Of a DNA stretch of 64,000 nt, positions 28,912-38,973 are shown in pieces. The notes beneath the pieces were generated by a model. It saw only the letters and a program-made list of their open reading frames with translations. It did not search any database and had not been told where the DNA came from. The translations under genes and the position numbers were made by a program. The stretch's first letter is position 1. The number at the start of each line of letters is the position of its first letter. The DNA is from Anaerolineae bacterium. GTDB taxonomy: Bacteria > Chloroflexota > Anaerolineae > UBA1429. The stretch is taken from positions 704,001 to 768,000 of the forward strand of contig OY776562.1 of assembly GCA_963675785.1 (NCBI GenBank), written 5' to 3'.

Positions 28912-30138
28912 TCAGGGGGTGATGACAGTGCCATCCAATCGGCGCACTTCAGGCCAGGCGCCGTTATAGCGATCCTCGGGAAAGGGGAATTCGGCGGCCA
29001 GCTTTTCGTCGATATCCACGCCCAAACCTGGTTTTTCGTTGCACCACAGGCAGCCATCGCGCACCTCGGGGCAGCCGGGGAAAACCGCCTTGGTGTTCTC
29101 TTTGAACAGGGCCAGCTCCTGAATGCCAAAGTTGGGGACGGCCAAATCCAGGTGCATGTTGGCGGCGTGCCCCACCGGGGAAACATCCCCGGGGCCGTGG
29201 AAGGCAGTGCGCACGCCCATGAACTCGCCCAAGGTAGCTAGCTTGCGCGCCTCTGAGAGGCCGCCGATATCCGAGATGTGCACACGGATGAAATCGATGA
29301 GCCGCTCGCGCACCAGGGGTACGTATTCGTTGCGATTGACGAACAGCTCGCCCATGGCGATGGGTGTGGCCGTCTGCTGGCGCACCATGCGGAAATAGTC
29401 GATCTGGTCGGGTGCGAACAAATCCTCCAAGAAGAACAGCCGGTACTGCTCCAGTTCTTTGGCCAGCCAAACGCCCTGAATGGCCGGGATGCGCTCGTGC
29501 ACGTCGTGCAACAGTTCTACCTCGTCGCCCAGTGCCAGACGCAAGTGCTCGATCAGCTTGGGCACAGCAATGACATAGGGCGTGGGCTCCCATGTGCGGG
29601 TTTGTGCCGGATTCAGTGCCGGGATGATCTTGCCGCTCTGGCTGCCGTAGGTGCTCAGCCCCTGAATATTCATCTGCACGCGAATATAGCGGAACCCCTG
29701 GGCCATGTAACCTCGGGCCTGCTCTTCGACCTCTTCGGGTGAGTTGCCGCTGGCATGAGTATAAACGGGCACTGCTTCGCGGCATTTGCCGCCAAAGAGT
29801 TGGTATACGGGCATGTTGGCTCTCTTACCCTTGATGTCCCACAAAGCCTCGTCTACACCGCTGAGGGCGTTGTTCAGCACCGGGCCGCTACGCCAGTAAG
29901 AACTGACATAGGCTGCCTGATAGATATCCTCGATGCGATCCACGTCACGGCCAATGAGGAAAGGCTTGAGATACTCGTCGATGGCCGCTGCCACGGCCAT
30001 GGGCCGCTGGGTAAAAGTAGCGCAGCCCAGGCCGTACAGGCCGGGCTCACTGGTAACAATCTTGACCACCACCAGGCGAATGCCATCTGGCGCGGTGAGG
30101 ATCGTTTGTACGTCTTGGATGGTGACGGGTTGGCTCAT
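28912..30138 (-). CDS. RspA/ManD-like sugar-acid dehydratase (enolase superfamily)
   Basis: GLGCATFTQR, YWRSGPV, ALWDIKGK, LLHDVHER, FFLED, AMGE, HGPGDVSPVG. Confidence 0.88.
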   Translation of the reverse strand: MSQPVTIQDVQTILTAPDGIRLVVVKIVTSEPGLYGLGCATFTQRPMAVAAAIDEYLKPFLIGRDVDRIEDIYQAAYVSSYWRSGPVLNNALSGVDEALWDIKGKRANMPVYQLFGGKCREAVPVYTHASGNSPEEVEEQARGYMAQGFRYIRVQMNIQGLSTYGSQSGKIIPALNPAQTRTWEPTPYVIAVPKLIEHLRLALGDEVELLHDVHERIPAIQGVWLAKELEQYRLFFLEDLFAPDQIDYFRMVRQQTATPIAMGELFVNRNEYVPLVRERLIDFIRVHISDIGGLSEARKLATLGEFMGVRTAFHGPGDVSPVGHAANMHLDLAVPNFGIQELALFKENTKAVFPGCPEVRDGCLWCNEKPGLGVDIDEKLAAEFPFPEDRYNGAWPEVRRLDGTVITP

Positions 30139-30167
30139 AGCGAGATTGCTCCTCTCACGTTAGGCGA

Positions 30168-30196
30168 TTGCTGCATACGCTTTCGAGCGGTATAAT
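30168..30196 (+). promoter_or_regulatory. sigma70-like promoter
   Basis: TTGCTG-N17-TATAAT upstream of the epimerase. Confidence 0.55.
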
Positions 30197-30232
30197 GGCC
30201 CCCATACGATGATGAGTCAAGCGGAGAACGCC

Positions 30233-31192
30233 ATGAATCGATATTCTCACGTAACTGAAACCCACGCCGACACGGGCTTGGAGCTCGTCCGCCTCACTTG
30301 TGAGGCCGATGCCAGCCGAACTGAGATTGCTTTTGCCCCCGCCATGGGCTGCAACATCATGAGCTTTGTGGTGGATGGTCGCGAGTACTTGGTAGCTTCG
30401 GGTGACGGCCGCGTACTGGGCACGCCCATTCTCTACCCCATGCCTAACCGCGTGCGCAACGCCCATTTCGAGTTCGACGGACACAGCTTTGATTTTGAGC
30501 CCAACAACACGGGCAACTTTATCCATGGCCTGGTGCGCGAACGCCCTTGGGCAGTGGATGAGCCCGTGATTACCAACGAGGGCATTGCTTGTACCATGCG
30601 CTTTGTCTTTGCGCCGGGCTGCGAGGCCTATGACCTGTTCCCCATCAGCAATACGCTGACGCTCAAGTTGACCCTCTCGCCGCACAAGCTGCGCTTCGAT
30701 TGGACCATTGAGAACCAGGACGAGAGCCGTCGGTTGCCTTTTGGCCTGGCCATTCATCCCTACTTTGCCATTCAGGGAGAGCGTGCACGGGTGCGCCTGC
30801 AGGTGCCTGCGCAAAAGGCCATGGAGGCTGTCGATCTGCTGCCCACCGGCAAGCTCATCGATATTGAAGACACACCCTTGGGCGAGGAGCCGGTGCGCCT
30901 CTCCGAGCTCGACTTGGACGACGTTTTCTTGGGCATGGCTGAGGACAGGCCGCAGGTGATTTATTACGATGCCCTGGGCAAGAAAATCACCCTTACCGCC
31001 TCGGACTTTTTCACGCACACGGTCGTATTCACGCCGCAAGGCAAGCCCTTTTTCTGCATCGAGAACCAATCCTGCTCGACCGATGCTCACAACTTTTATG
31101 CTCGTGGCCTGCAGGATGTGGCCCATCTGACCATCCTCGACCCTGGCCAGCAGCAACGTGAGTGGATCGAGTTCCAATTGACAGATTTCTAG
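30233..31192 (+). CDS. aldose 1-epimerase family protein
   Basis: PILYPMPNR, IHGLV, GLAIHPYF, LDDVF, FCIEN. Start at the Met with a GGAG RBS. Confidence 0.88.
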   Translation: MNRYSHVTETHADTGLELVRLTCEADASRTEIAFAPAMGCNIMSFVVDGREYLVASGDGRVLGTPILYPMPNRVRNAHFEFDGHSFDFEPNNTGNFIHGLVRERPWAVDEPVITNEGIACTMRFVFAPGCEAYDLFPISNTLTLKLTLSPHKLRFDWTIENQDESRRLPFGLAIHPYFAIQGERARVRLQVPAQKAMEAVDLLPTGKLIDIEDTPLGEEPVRLSELDLDDVFLGMAEDRPQVIYYDALGKKITLTASDFFTHTVVFTPQGKPFFCIENQSCSTDAHNFYARGLQDVAHLTILDPGQQQREWIEFQLTDF

Positions 31193-31263
31193 TATGGTTC
31201 CTCGCTCCCGTACCTTGAGCAGGAGAGTGAGGTTATCCTTTTGTAGAGTTTGGCGGGCTGTAA

Positions 31264-31293
31264 TTGACATGATCAGCCCGTCATTCTTATACT
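31264..31293 (+). promoter_or_regulatory. sigma70-like promoter whose -35 sits inside an inverted repeat
   Basis: TTGACA-N18-TATACT; TGGCGGGCTG (31251) / CAGCCCGTCA (31274) flank the -35. Confidence 0.55.
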
Positions 31294-31343
31294 GCATTCA
31301 TGTTCTGCCTGAGTAGCTTTTCCCGACTATGTGAGGTCGTACA

Positions 31344-33308
31344 ATGTATTACGGTGCCGATTATTACCCCGAACACTGGCCCCAAGAGCGTTGGGCTTTG
31401 GATGCCCGTCTCATGCGCGAGGCTCATATCAATGTAGTGCGTTTGGCCGAGTTCGCCTGGGCCCTGCTGGAACCGAGCGAAGGCACCTACGATTTCTCCT
31501 GGCTCGATTTGGCCATAGAAACCTTGGCTCGTGAGGGCATCAAGGTGGTGATGTGCACCCCCACAGCGGCGCCGCCAGCCTGGCTGTGTACGGCTCATCC
31601 CGAGATCATGCGGGTCACCCGCGATGGTCGCCGGGTTTCCTTTGGTATGCGTCGCCAGTATTGCGCCACCAGTGCCCTTTATCGCCGTTATTCGGCCAAC
31701 ATCAACCGCAAACTCGTAGAGCATTATGCGCACAACGAGAATGTGGTACTCTGGCAGCTCGATAACGAGTTTGGCTGTCATGATTCCACTCGCTGCTATT
31801 GCCCGGAATGCCAGGCTGCTTTTCAAGCTTGGTGTCGTCAGCGCTATGGCAGCTTGCAGGCGCTCAATGAAGCTTGGGGTACGTCCTTTTGGAGCCACGT
31901 CTATACCGCCTGGGAGCAGATTCCCCTGCCTACCGATAGTGTAGCCATCTCCAACCCCTGCCTTGAGCTGGATTACGATCGTTTTAGCTCGGATCAGATG
32001 ATCAGCTATGCTCGTGAGCAGGTGGACGTCATCAAAGAGTTCTCGATTGCTCCCATTACCACCAATCTCATGGGGATCGGGTTCGATACCATCGATTATC
32101 ATCGCCTGGCTCAGGATCTTGATCTAGTCTCTTGGGATAACTATCCCAGCTTTGCTGGTGGCACACCTTCTCGTGTGTCCTTTTCCCATGATCTCATGCG
32201 TGGCCTCAAAGGGCAGCCTTTCTGGGTGATGGAGGAGCAGTCGGGTCCGGCGGGTGGTGCGGTGGCTACGCCCACGCCCATGCCCGGCCAAATTCGCCTT
32301 TGGTCTTATCAAGCCATGGCTCATGGCGCCGATGGTATTGTCTATTTCCGCTGGCGCACCTGTTCTTTCAACAGCGAGGAATATTGGCACGGCATTCTCG
32401 ATCATCATGGCGAGCCTGACCGACGCTATCGCGAGGTGCAAGCCATGGGAGAGGAAGTAGAGCGGCTTGGAGCGCGTTTAGAGGGGGCTGCCTCGCCTCG
32501 TTCGGTGGCTCTGCTCTATAGTTATCCCGATGGGTGGGCGGTCACCCTGCAACCTACGGCCGAGGGATTGAGCTACAGTGGATTGATGCTAGCTTATTAC
32601 AATGCGTTGCGCACCGCTGGCGCTTCGGTAGACATCATCTCGCCCTGGGACGAACTGGACGGTTACGAGTTGGTGGTGGCCCCCATGCTCCATGTGGTCA
32701 CGCCAGAGCTTGTCGATCATCTGGCGGCCTATGTCGAGGCTGGCGGTAGTCTCTATCTTGGCACGCGTAGCGGTGTCAAGGATGCCTCCAATCGTGTGGT
32801 CACGCAGCGTTTGCCGGGATTGCTGGCACCTTTGGTGGGGGCCACTGTGGCCGAATATGACCCTATCGGTGCGGGTCAGACGCGCCAGTTCATGTTGCGT
32901 GGCGCGCACGAGGTGCAAACTTGTACGTTGTGGGTGGATGTTCTTAGGCCCACTATCGCCGAGACGATAGCTACCTATGCCTCTGGTTACTATGCTGGTG
33001 AAACCGCCCTTTGTCGCAATCGTGTGAAGCAGGGACAAGTGTGGTATTGTGGCACCATCCCCGAAGAGGCGTCGCTGGCCATGCTCATGGGGTGGCTCTT
33101 GGGTGAGCTTGGGGTCGAGCTGCATCCCATGCCCAAGGGTATCGAACGGGTGGTGCGTCTGCAGGGCGGGTGCCAGCAGGTGTATTATCTTAACCACACG
33201 TCCGAGGCAGTGACGTTGGTTGGGGCGGGTACTGACCTGCTGTCGGGTGCTGTGAACACCATCACCCTCGAACCGTTTGGCGTAGCAATTACAGAGAAAG
33301 AATCATGA
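31344..33308 (+). CDS. beta-galactosidase, GH42
   Basis: YGADYYPEHWP, AEFAW, WQLDNEFGCH, CYCPEC, WVMEEQSG, YFRWR, EEYWHG. Confidence 0.93.
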   Translation: MYYGADYYPEHWPQERWALDARLMREAHINVVRLAEFAWALLEPSEGTYDFSWLDLAIETLAREGIKVVMCTPTAAPPAWLCTAHPEIMRVTRDGRRVSFGMRRQYCATSALYRRYSANINRKLVEHYAHNENVVLWQLDNEFGCHDSTRCYCPECQAAFQAWCRQRYGSLQALNEAWGTSFWSHVYTAWEQIPLPTDSVAISNPCLELDYDRFSSDQMISYAREQVDVIKEFSIAPITTNLMGIGFDTIDYHRLAQDLDLVSWDNYPSFAGGTPSRVSFSHDLMRGLKGQPFWVMEEQSGPAGGAVATPTPMPGQIRLWSYQAMAHGADGIVYFRWRTCSFNSEEYWHGILDHHGEPDRRYREVQAMGEEVERLGARLEGAASPRSVALLYSYPDGWAVTLQPTAEGLSYSGLMLAYYNALRTAGASVDIISPWDELDGYELVVAPMLHVVTPELVDHLAAYVEAGGSLYLGTRSGVKDASNRVVTQRLPGLLAPLVGATVAEYDPIGAGQTRQFMLRGAHEVQTCTLWVDVLRPTIAETIATYASGYYAGETALCRNRVKQGQVWYCGTIPEEASLAMLMGWLLGELGVELHPMPKGIERVVRLQGGCQQVYYLNHTSEAVTLVGAGTDLLSGAVNTITLEPFGVAITEKES

Positions 33309-34222
33309 CAGAATTTTTGATGTCCCTTTTGCCCTGGGGTGCTCAGGCCGTGGCCTCTGTTCAAGGGGCGCTCTATGATCTCTGCCCCTGGCTGTGGATT
33401 GCTATCACGCGCCTGGGCAATGAAGTGGCCTATATTGTGTTTATCGCCCTGATCTTTTGGTGCATTGACCGCAAGACGGGCACCAAGGTGGCTCTGGCTT
33501 TTACCATCAGTGCCTTGCTGAACACCATTCTCAAGAGCGTGTTCACTATCCCGCGTCCCTTTGTCTATGATTCGACGCTGACACCCGGCCTTTATTATAG
33601 CGGCTATTCATTCCCCAGCGGCCATGCCCAATTGGCCTCAGCGGTCTGGTTGACCTTTGCTCTCTCGGTGCGCAAGCGCTGGGTCACCTGGGTCACGTTG
33701 GCTTTTACGCTGCTCATTGGGCTGTCTCGCGTGGTGTTGGCCGTACATTATCCGCAAGATGTGCTCATAGGATTGCTGTTAGGCTGGGTCGTTGCCCTGT
33801 GGGTTGTGCATATGCGCCTCGACGTTGCTCCGACCGGCAAAACGCGTCTGGTTTGGCCCATCGTGCTGTTAATCGTTGGGTTGGTGTCTGCCATTGTGCT
33901 GGGCGAGAGTGCGGCCATCATCGCCGCTGGGCTAGGAGGTCTTTGGGCAGGCTATTTGATGCAGCCGGCACTGGTTATCTCGGGTGAGAATAGCGAATTG
34001 GGCCCGCGCCTCTTGCGCGGGTTGATTGCTCTGACGCTGCTGGGACTGGTTTGGCTGCTGCACCTGGCCCTCATCACTTGGACGACAGGCACTTTGCAAG
34101 AAATATTGCTCGCATTGACTTATGCGCTGATGGGTTTTGCCCTGACAGGTCTGCTGGGGCGTGTGTATCTACGGCTTGGCTTGGCTGCGCTTGGGAAGGA
34201 TTCCGGAACGGTTTCGGTTTGA
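33305..34222 (+). CDS. PAP2 family phosphatase (membrane)
   Basis: K......RP, SFPSGH, SR..L.VHYPQDV. Confidence 0.88.
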   Translation: MTEFLMSLLPWGAQAVASVQGALYDLCPWLWIAITRLGNEVAYIVFIALIFWCIDRKTGTKVALAFTISALLNTILKSVFTIPRPFVYDSTLTPGLYYSGYSFPSGHAQLASAVWLTFALSVRKRWVTWVTLAFTLLIGLSRVVLAVHYPQDVLIGLLLGWVVALWVVHMRLDVAPTGKTRLVWPIVLLIVGLVSAIVLGESAAIIAAGLGGLWAGYLMQPALVISGENSELGPRLLRGLIALTLLGLVWLLHLALITWTTGTLQEILLALTYALMGFALTGLLGRVYLRLGLAALGKDSGTVSV

Positions 34223-34251
34223 GCTGCGTCCAACGTTCGGGCGATTGATGA

Positions 34252-34280
34252 TTGGCTGCCTCCCTGCTCGGTGTTATAAT
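34252..34280 (+). promoter_or_regulatory. sigma70-like promoter with extended -10
   Basis: TTGGCT-N17-TATAAT with TGn. Confidence 0.55.
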
Positions 34281-34336
34281 GGCGGCTGCCCTGAATGTAC
34301 GAGATTGCGCTTATACCAGAGGGGAATGTACGGACT

Positions 34337-35170
34337 ATGCGAATTGCAATTACGGGCGCCAAAGGACAGCTAGGCCATGCACTGCAAGCGGTATTGATCA
34401 ACGATGACCTGCTGCTGCTCGATCTACCCGAATATGACATAACGAATCTGGACGCCATTGTCTCCACTCTCACCGATTTTGGCCCCGAGGTCATCATTCA
34501 TGGTGCGGCCATAACCAATGTGGATGGCTGTGAGGCCGATCGCGATCTTGCTTTCCGTGTTAACGTGGTGGGCACACGCAATATCGCCGTGGCAGCCCAA
34601 CAGGTAGCCGCTTCCTTGGTCTATATCAGTACCGATTACGTTTTCCCCGGTCGCGATGAACCCTATGGCGAGTACGACGCCTGCCAGCCCCTCAGCTATT
34701 ACGGCCTCACCAAATGGTACGGCGAACAAATAGTCCGTGATCTTTGCTCGCGCTTTTACATCGCACGTACGGCTTGGCTTTATGGCGATAGCCCCCGCAA
34801 CTTTTGCGAGACGGTGCTGCGCCTTGCCGCCGAGCGTGACCATATCTCCATGGTCACCGATGAGGTCGGTTCACCCACCCATGCCATGGATTTGGCCGCC
34901 GCCTTGGACAGGCTCATCCGTATGCCTGCCTATGGCATCTACCAGTTCTCCAGCGAGGGCACGTGCTCTCGCTATGAGTGGGCTCAAGAGATTCTCAAGC
35001 TAGCTGGCGTCGAGGGCTATGATCTGCGTCCTTCATCCAATTATCAGCGGGCGGCACGCGTGCCTACTCATGTGGATATGCTGAATCAGATGGGTGCGGC
35101 GGTGGGCATCGAGATGCCCGATTGGCGCCAGGCCCTGGTTAACTATTTCGCTTGGAGGGCTGCCCGTTGA
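34337..35170 (+). CDS. rfbD: dTDP-4-dehydrorhamnose reductase
   Basis: ITGAKGQLG, AAITNVDGCE, ISTDYVF, YGLTK, RTAWLYG, GSPT. Confidence 0.92.
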   Translation: MRIAITGAKGQLGHALQAVLINDDLLLLDLPEYDITNLDAIVSTLTDFGPEVIIHGAAITNVDGCEADRDLAFRVNVVGTRNIAVAAQQVAASLVYISTDYVFPGRDEPYGEYDACQPLSYYGLTKWYGEQIVRDLCSRFYIARTAWLYGDSPRNFCETVLRLAAERDHISMVTDEVGSPTHAMDLAAALDRLIRMPAYGIYQFSSEGTCSRYEWAQEILKLAGVEGYDLRPSSNYQRAARVPTHVDMLNQMGAAVGIEMPDWRQALVNYFAWRAAR

Positions 35171-36117
35171 GCCAGAGGGCCCTGAAAGCCTCCGTCATCA
35201 TCCCTAACTGGAATGGGCTCGCTCTCCTTCGCCCTTGCCTCGATACCCTGCGCCAGCAGACGCTGGATGCTTATGAGGTCATTGTGGTGGATAACGCCTC
35301 CAGCGATGACTCTGTGGCGGTGCTCCAACGCGATTACCCCGAGGTGCGTACCATTGCCTTGAGCGAAAACCTCGGCTATTCGGGGGGTTGTAATGCCGGT
35401 ATCCGTGCGGCCCGTGGTGAGATCGTGGTGCTCCTCAATAACGATATCGAAGCCGAACCCGATTGGCTGGCCGAGTTGGTGGCCGCGCTCGATCGCCACC
35501 CTGAGGCGGGCTTTGCCGCCTCTCGCATGATGATCCACACTGATCGTCAACGTCTCAACGCCGCCGGCGACATCTATCGGCGTAACGGCACACCCGATTC
35601 GCGCGGCGTGCGCGAGCTCTACGGCTCGCCGTATGATGAAGAAGTGCTGGTATTTGGTGCTTGCGGTGGGGCGGCGGCCTATCGTGCATCCATGCTGGAG
35701 GATATCGGTCTCCTCGATGAGCGTTTTTTCATGTATTGTGAGGATGTCGATCTGAGTTGGCGCGCTCAGTTGGCCGGTTATCGCTGTGTGTATGCACCCA
35801 AGGCAGTCGTCTACCATCATATGAGTGCTACCGGTGGGGGGGCGCTTTCCAGTTATTATGTGGGGCGGAACACCCTTTGGGTGATCGCCCTCAATTATCC
35901 CGGCAAGTTGCTGCGGCATAACCTGGGCGCCATCTGCGGCGAACAGTGGCATATCTCATCGGACGCTCTCAAAGCCTGGCGCGGCGCGTCGGCGCGGGCT
36001 CGCCTGCGTGGTCAGTTTGTCGGTTTCTTTACCCAATTACGCTGGTGCGCTGAGAGACGCCGACGTTTGCGTTCTCGCCGCGTTGATGATGCCTATATCG
36101 CCAGTATCTTGGATTAA
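35167..36117 (+). CDS. glycosyltransferase family 2 (GT2_like_c, rhamnosyltransferase-like)
   Basis: IIPNWNG, VVDNAS.D, LLNND, FFMYCEDVDL. TTG start overlapping the rfbD stop. Confidence 0.88.
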   Translation: MSQRALKASVIIPNWNGLALLRPCLDTLRQQTLDAYEVIVVDNASSDDSVAVLQRDYPEVRTIALSENLGYSGGCNAGIRAARGEIVVLLNNDIEAEPDWLAELVAALDRHPEAGFAASRMMIHTDRQRLNAAGDIYRRNGTPDSRGVRELYGSPYDEEVLVFGACGGAAAYRASMLEDIGLLDERFFMYCEDVDLSWRAQLAGYRCVYAPKAVVYHHMSATGGGALSSYYVGRNTLWVIALNYPGKLLRHNLGAICGEQWHISSDALKAWRGASARARLRGQFVGFFTQLRWCAERRRRLRSRRVDDAYIASILD

Positions 36118-36136
36118 GGCCCAAATAGGAGAGTAG

Positions 36137-36916
36137 ATGGATTCTCCCTATCTTTCAATCGTTGTGCCCTGCTACAACGAATCCGCCAATCTGGCGCGTG
36201 GCGTGCTGCAAGAGATGCAAAACTATCTGGATGGGCAATCGTGGCATTATGAGGTCATCATCTCCGATGATGGCAGCGCCGACGACAGCCTGGCGCGTGT
36301 TCGCGCCTTTGCAGCAGAGCATCCCGCCTTTCGTATCGTGGAGAACCCTCATGGCGGCAAGCCCTCGGCGGTGTGGGGAGGTATTCGCGCCGCCCGTGGT
36401 GAGCTGATCCTCTTTACCGACATGGATCAATCGACGCCGCTGAGCGAGTTGGACAAGCTGCTGCCCCTCTTCAACCAAGGCTACGACGTGGTCATTGGCT
36501 CGCGCGGCCTAGGGCGAGAGAATTTCCCCTTTTACCGCCGGCTGGGCTCGGCCGTGTTTGCTGGCTTTCGGCGGCTCATGCTGCTGCGCAACATCAAGGA
36601 TACACAGTGTGGGTTCAAAGCTATGCGTACCGAGATTGCCCGGCAACTCTTTCCGTACCTCACCGAGATCAAACGTACTGGCGAGATCAAGGGGCGCCGT
36701 GTTACTGCTTTCGATGTCGAACTGCTCTTTTTGGCCGAGTTTGCCGGCTATCGCGTGGGCGAAGTTGGCGTCGAGTGGGTCAATCGCGATGTGGTCAAGG
36801 GGGGTATTTCTACCTATTTCCGTGAATCGGGTGAGATGGCTGGCCAAATCTTTCATATCAAGTGGAAGCAGCTTCGCGGTGACTATGCCGAGGTCAGGGG
36901 TACGGCACATAGTTGA
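36137..36916 (+). CDS. glycosyltransferase family 2 (polyprenol-phosphate glycosyltransferase, DPG/DPM synthase-like)
   Basis: VVPCYNE, DDGSAD, FTDMD, DTQCGFK, FDVELL. Confidence 0.88.
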   Translation: MDSPYLSIVVPCYNESANLARGVLQEMQNYLDGQSWHYEVIISDDGSADDSLARVRAFAAEHPAFRIVENPHGGKPSAVWGGIRAARGELILFTDMDQSTPLSELDKLLPLFNQGYDVVIGSRGLGRENFPFYRRLGSAVFAGFRRLMLLRNIKDTQCGFKAMRTEIARQLFPYLTEIKRTGEIKGRRVTAFDVELLFLAEFAGYRVGEVGVEWVNRDVVKGGISTYFRESGEMAGQIFHIKWKQLRGDYAEVRGTAHS

Positions 36917-36968
36917 CGATATACCTTTGAAGCTATAACATAGTGAAATAGACTAGCAGGAGCAACGC

Positions 36969-37091
36969 ATGTACGCACGATATATCAGCATACAGTGTTT
37001 GGGCCGCAAACATCGCGGTCCGTTTGGCGTTGCCTATTCTCTCCGCGATTACCGCGCCGCCAAGGGCCGTATGGGGGGCTCCCCCCGATAA
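36969..37091 (+). CDS. putative 40-aa leader peptide upstream of metG
   Basis: AGGAG RBS 6 nt before ATG; hand translation MYARYISIQCLGRKHRGPFGVAYSLRDYRAAKGRMGGSPR*; candidate promoter TTGACG-N17-TAACAT at 36913-36941. Confidence 0.4.
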   Translation: MYARYISIQCLGRKHRGPFGVAYSLRDYRAAKGRMGGSPR

Positions 37092-37180
37092 ATCTTCTCT
37101 TGATCTGTTCCTAACCTCGATGTTTCATGCAACTACTTGACGACAGAATCATTCAGCCTAGAGCTGCTTTGGAGAATAAA

Positions 37181-38920
37181 ATGAACGAGAGAATTCTTGT
37201 TGGCGTGGCTTGGCCTTATGCCAACTCACCCCTGCACTTGGGCCATTTGGCCGGAGCATATATTCCCCCCGATATTTTTGCGCGCTACCACCGCCTGCGC
37301 GGTGACAAGGTGCTCATGGTTTCGGGTTCTGATACTCACGGCACGCCTATTACTGTCACGGCGGAAAAAGAAGGCGTCGAGCCCATTGATGTCGTTAACA
37401 AGTACCACGCCAGCTTTGTCGAATCCCTCAAGGGGCTTGGTATTGCTTTCGATCTGTTCACCCATACCGACACCGAAAATCATTACGCCGTAACGACCGA
37501 TTTTTTCCTGACGCTCCTCGAGAAAAAATACATCTACAAAGAGGCTATGACCTCTCTCTATTGCGAGACCTGCGAGCGCTTTTTGCCCGATCGCTATGTA
37601 GAGGGTACTTGTCCCCATTGCCACTTTGAAGATGCTCGTGGTGATCAGTGCGATAACTGTGGCAAGCCGTTGGATGCCTTGGAACTCATCAACCCACATT
37701 GCAAGTTTTGCGGCGGTACGCCAGTGCCCCGCGAGACTGAGCACTTTTTCCTTGACTTGGCTCAGTTCAACGAACCGCTCAAAGAGTGGGCAGGTGACAA
37801 GGATTATTGGCGAGCCAACGTGCGCAATTTCACGTTCAATCTGCTTAACGAGGGCCTCCATGGCCGTGCGATCTCACGCGATATGAGTTGGGGTATCCCT
37901 GTGCCCGTCGAGGGTTATGAAGACAAGTGTATCTATGTCTGGTTCGATGCTGTCATCGGTTATCTCTCTGCTGCCAAGGAATGGTCGGTGGCTCAGGGCA
38001 CGCCCGAGGCTTGGCACGACTGGTGGGATGCTGACGCCGATGTTCGTACCTACAATTTCATCGGTAAGGACAACATCGTCTTTCACACGCTCATCTGGCC
38101 GGCCATGCTTATGGGTTATGGTGGATTGCAGTTGCCCTACGATGTGCCGGCTAACGAGTATCTCACCCTGGAAGGGCGCAAAATCTCTTCTAGCCGCAAT
38201 TGGGCTGTATGGGCGCCGGACTATTTGGAGCGCTATGATCCCGATCCGCTGCGCTATTGTCTGACGGTACATGCTCCAGAGGGCTCGGATTCGGACTTTT
38301 CCTGGCAGGATTTTCTGGATCGCAACAACAATGAATTGGTGGGCACCTGGGGTAACCTGGCTCACCGCATGTTGAGCTTTGCTTTCAAGAACTTTGGTTG
38401 CGTGCCCACACCCGGCGAATTGCTGCCTGAGGATCTAGAGATCATCCAAACGATAGAAAGCGCCTTTGGCCCGGTGGCCGAGGATTTGGAAGCTTGCCGC
38501 TTCCGCGTGGCTCTGATGAAGGTTATGGCCGTGGCTCGCAGTGCCAACCAGTATCTGGATGCGGCTGCGCCCTGGAAGGCCCTCAAGACCGACCGCGAAC
38601 GCGCGGCGACAGTCACTTTTGTGGCGCTCAAAGTCATCGATTCGCTCAAGATCCTCTTTGCGCCTTTCTTGCCGTTCTCTTCGCAGCAGCTTCATGAGAC
38701 CTTTGGCTACCAAGCCAACCTTTTTGGCGTTCAAGAAGTGGTCGTACACGAGGAAGAGACCCGCTCGCATACGGCCCTCACTTATCATTATGATCTAGAG
38801 GGCGATAGTTGGGTGCCTAGCGACTTGCAGCCGGGCCACGAGCTCAGCAAACCTGAACCTCTGTTTACCAAACTCGACCCAGAAATTGTTGAGGAAGAGT
38901 TAAGCAGGCTCGGAGAATAG
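37181..38920 (+). CDS. metG: methionine--tRNA ligase (short form, no C-terminal Trbp111 domain)
   Basis: AWPYAN..LHLGH, two Zn knuckles, YVWFDA, GKDN..FH, KISSS. GGAG RBS before MNERIL. Confidence 0.96.
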   Translation: MNERILVGVAWPYANSPLHLGHLAGAYIPPDIFARYHRLRGDKVLMVSGSDTHGTPITVTAEKEGVEPIDVVNKYHASFVESLKGLGIAFDLFTHTDTENHYAVTTDFFLTLLEKKYIYKEAMTSLYCETCERFLPDRYVEGTCPHCHFEDARGDQCDNCGKPLDALELINPHCKFCGGTPVPRETEHFFLDLAQFNEPLKEWAGDKDYWRANVRNFTFNLLNEGLHGRAISRDMSWGIPVPVEGYEDKCIYVWFDAVIGYLSAAKEWSVAQGTPEAWHDWWDADADVRTYNFIGKDNIVFHTLIWPAMLMGYGGLQLPYDVPANEYLTLEGRKISSSRNWAVWAPDYLERYDPDPLRYCLTVHAPEGSDSDFSWQDFLDRNNNELVGTWGNLAHRMLSFAFKNFGCVPTPGELLPEDLEIIQTIESAFGPVAEDLEACRFRVALMKVMAVARSANQYLDAAAPWKALKTDRERAATVTFVALKVIDSLKILFAPFLPFSSQQLHETFGYQANLFGVQEVVVHEEETRSHTALTYHYDLEGDSWVPSDLQPGHELSKPEPLFTKLDPEIVEEELSRLGE

Positions 38921-38928
38921 CACTTGAT

Positions 38929-38959
38929 GGCCGTGCGGAGGAACCTTATCCGCACGGCC
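38929..38959 (+). terminator. hairpin after metG (weak U-tract)
   Basis: GGCCGTGCGGA..TCCGCACGGCC. Confidence 0.5.
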
Positions 38960-38973
38960 TCGTCTATAGGAAT

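Noticed and set aside
28964-29785. 273-aa alternate-frame ORF inside the dehydratase gene
   Set aside because: Arg/Ala/Gly-rich off-frame product typical of high-GC coding DNA.
30155-31297. 380-aa minus-strand ORF
   Set aside because: Antisense shadow of the aldose epimerase; no recognisable motifs.
36940-37180. T-box or SAM riboswitch upstream of metG
   Set aside because: No GGTGGNACCGCG T-box bulge and no SAM-I core recognised; only a partial ACCGCG.
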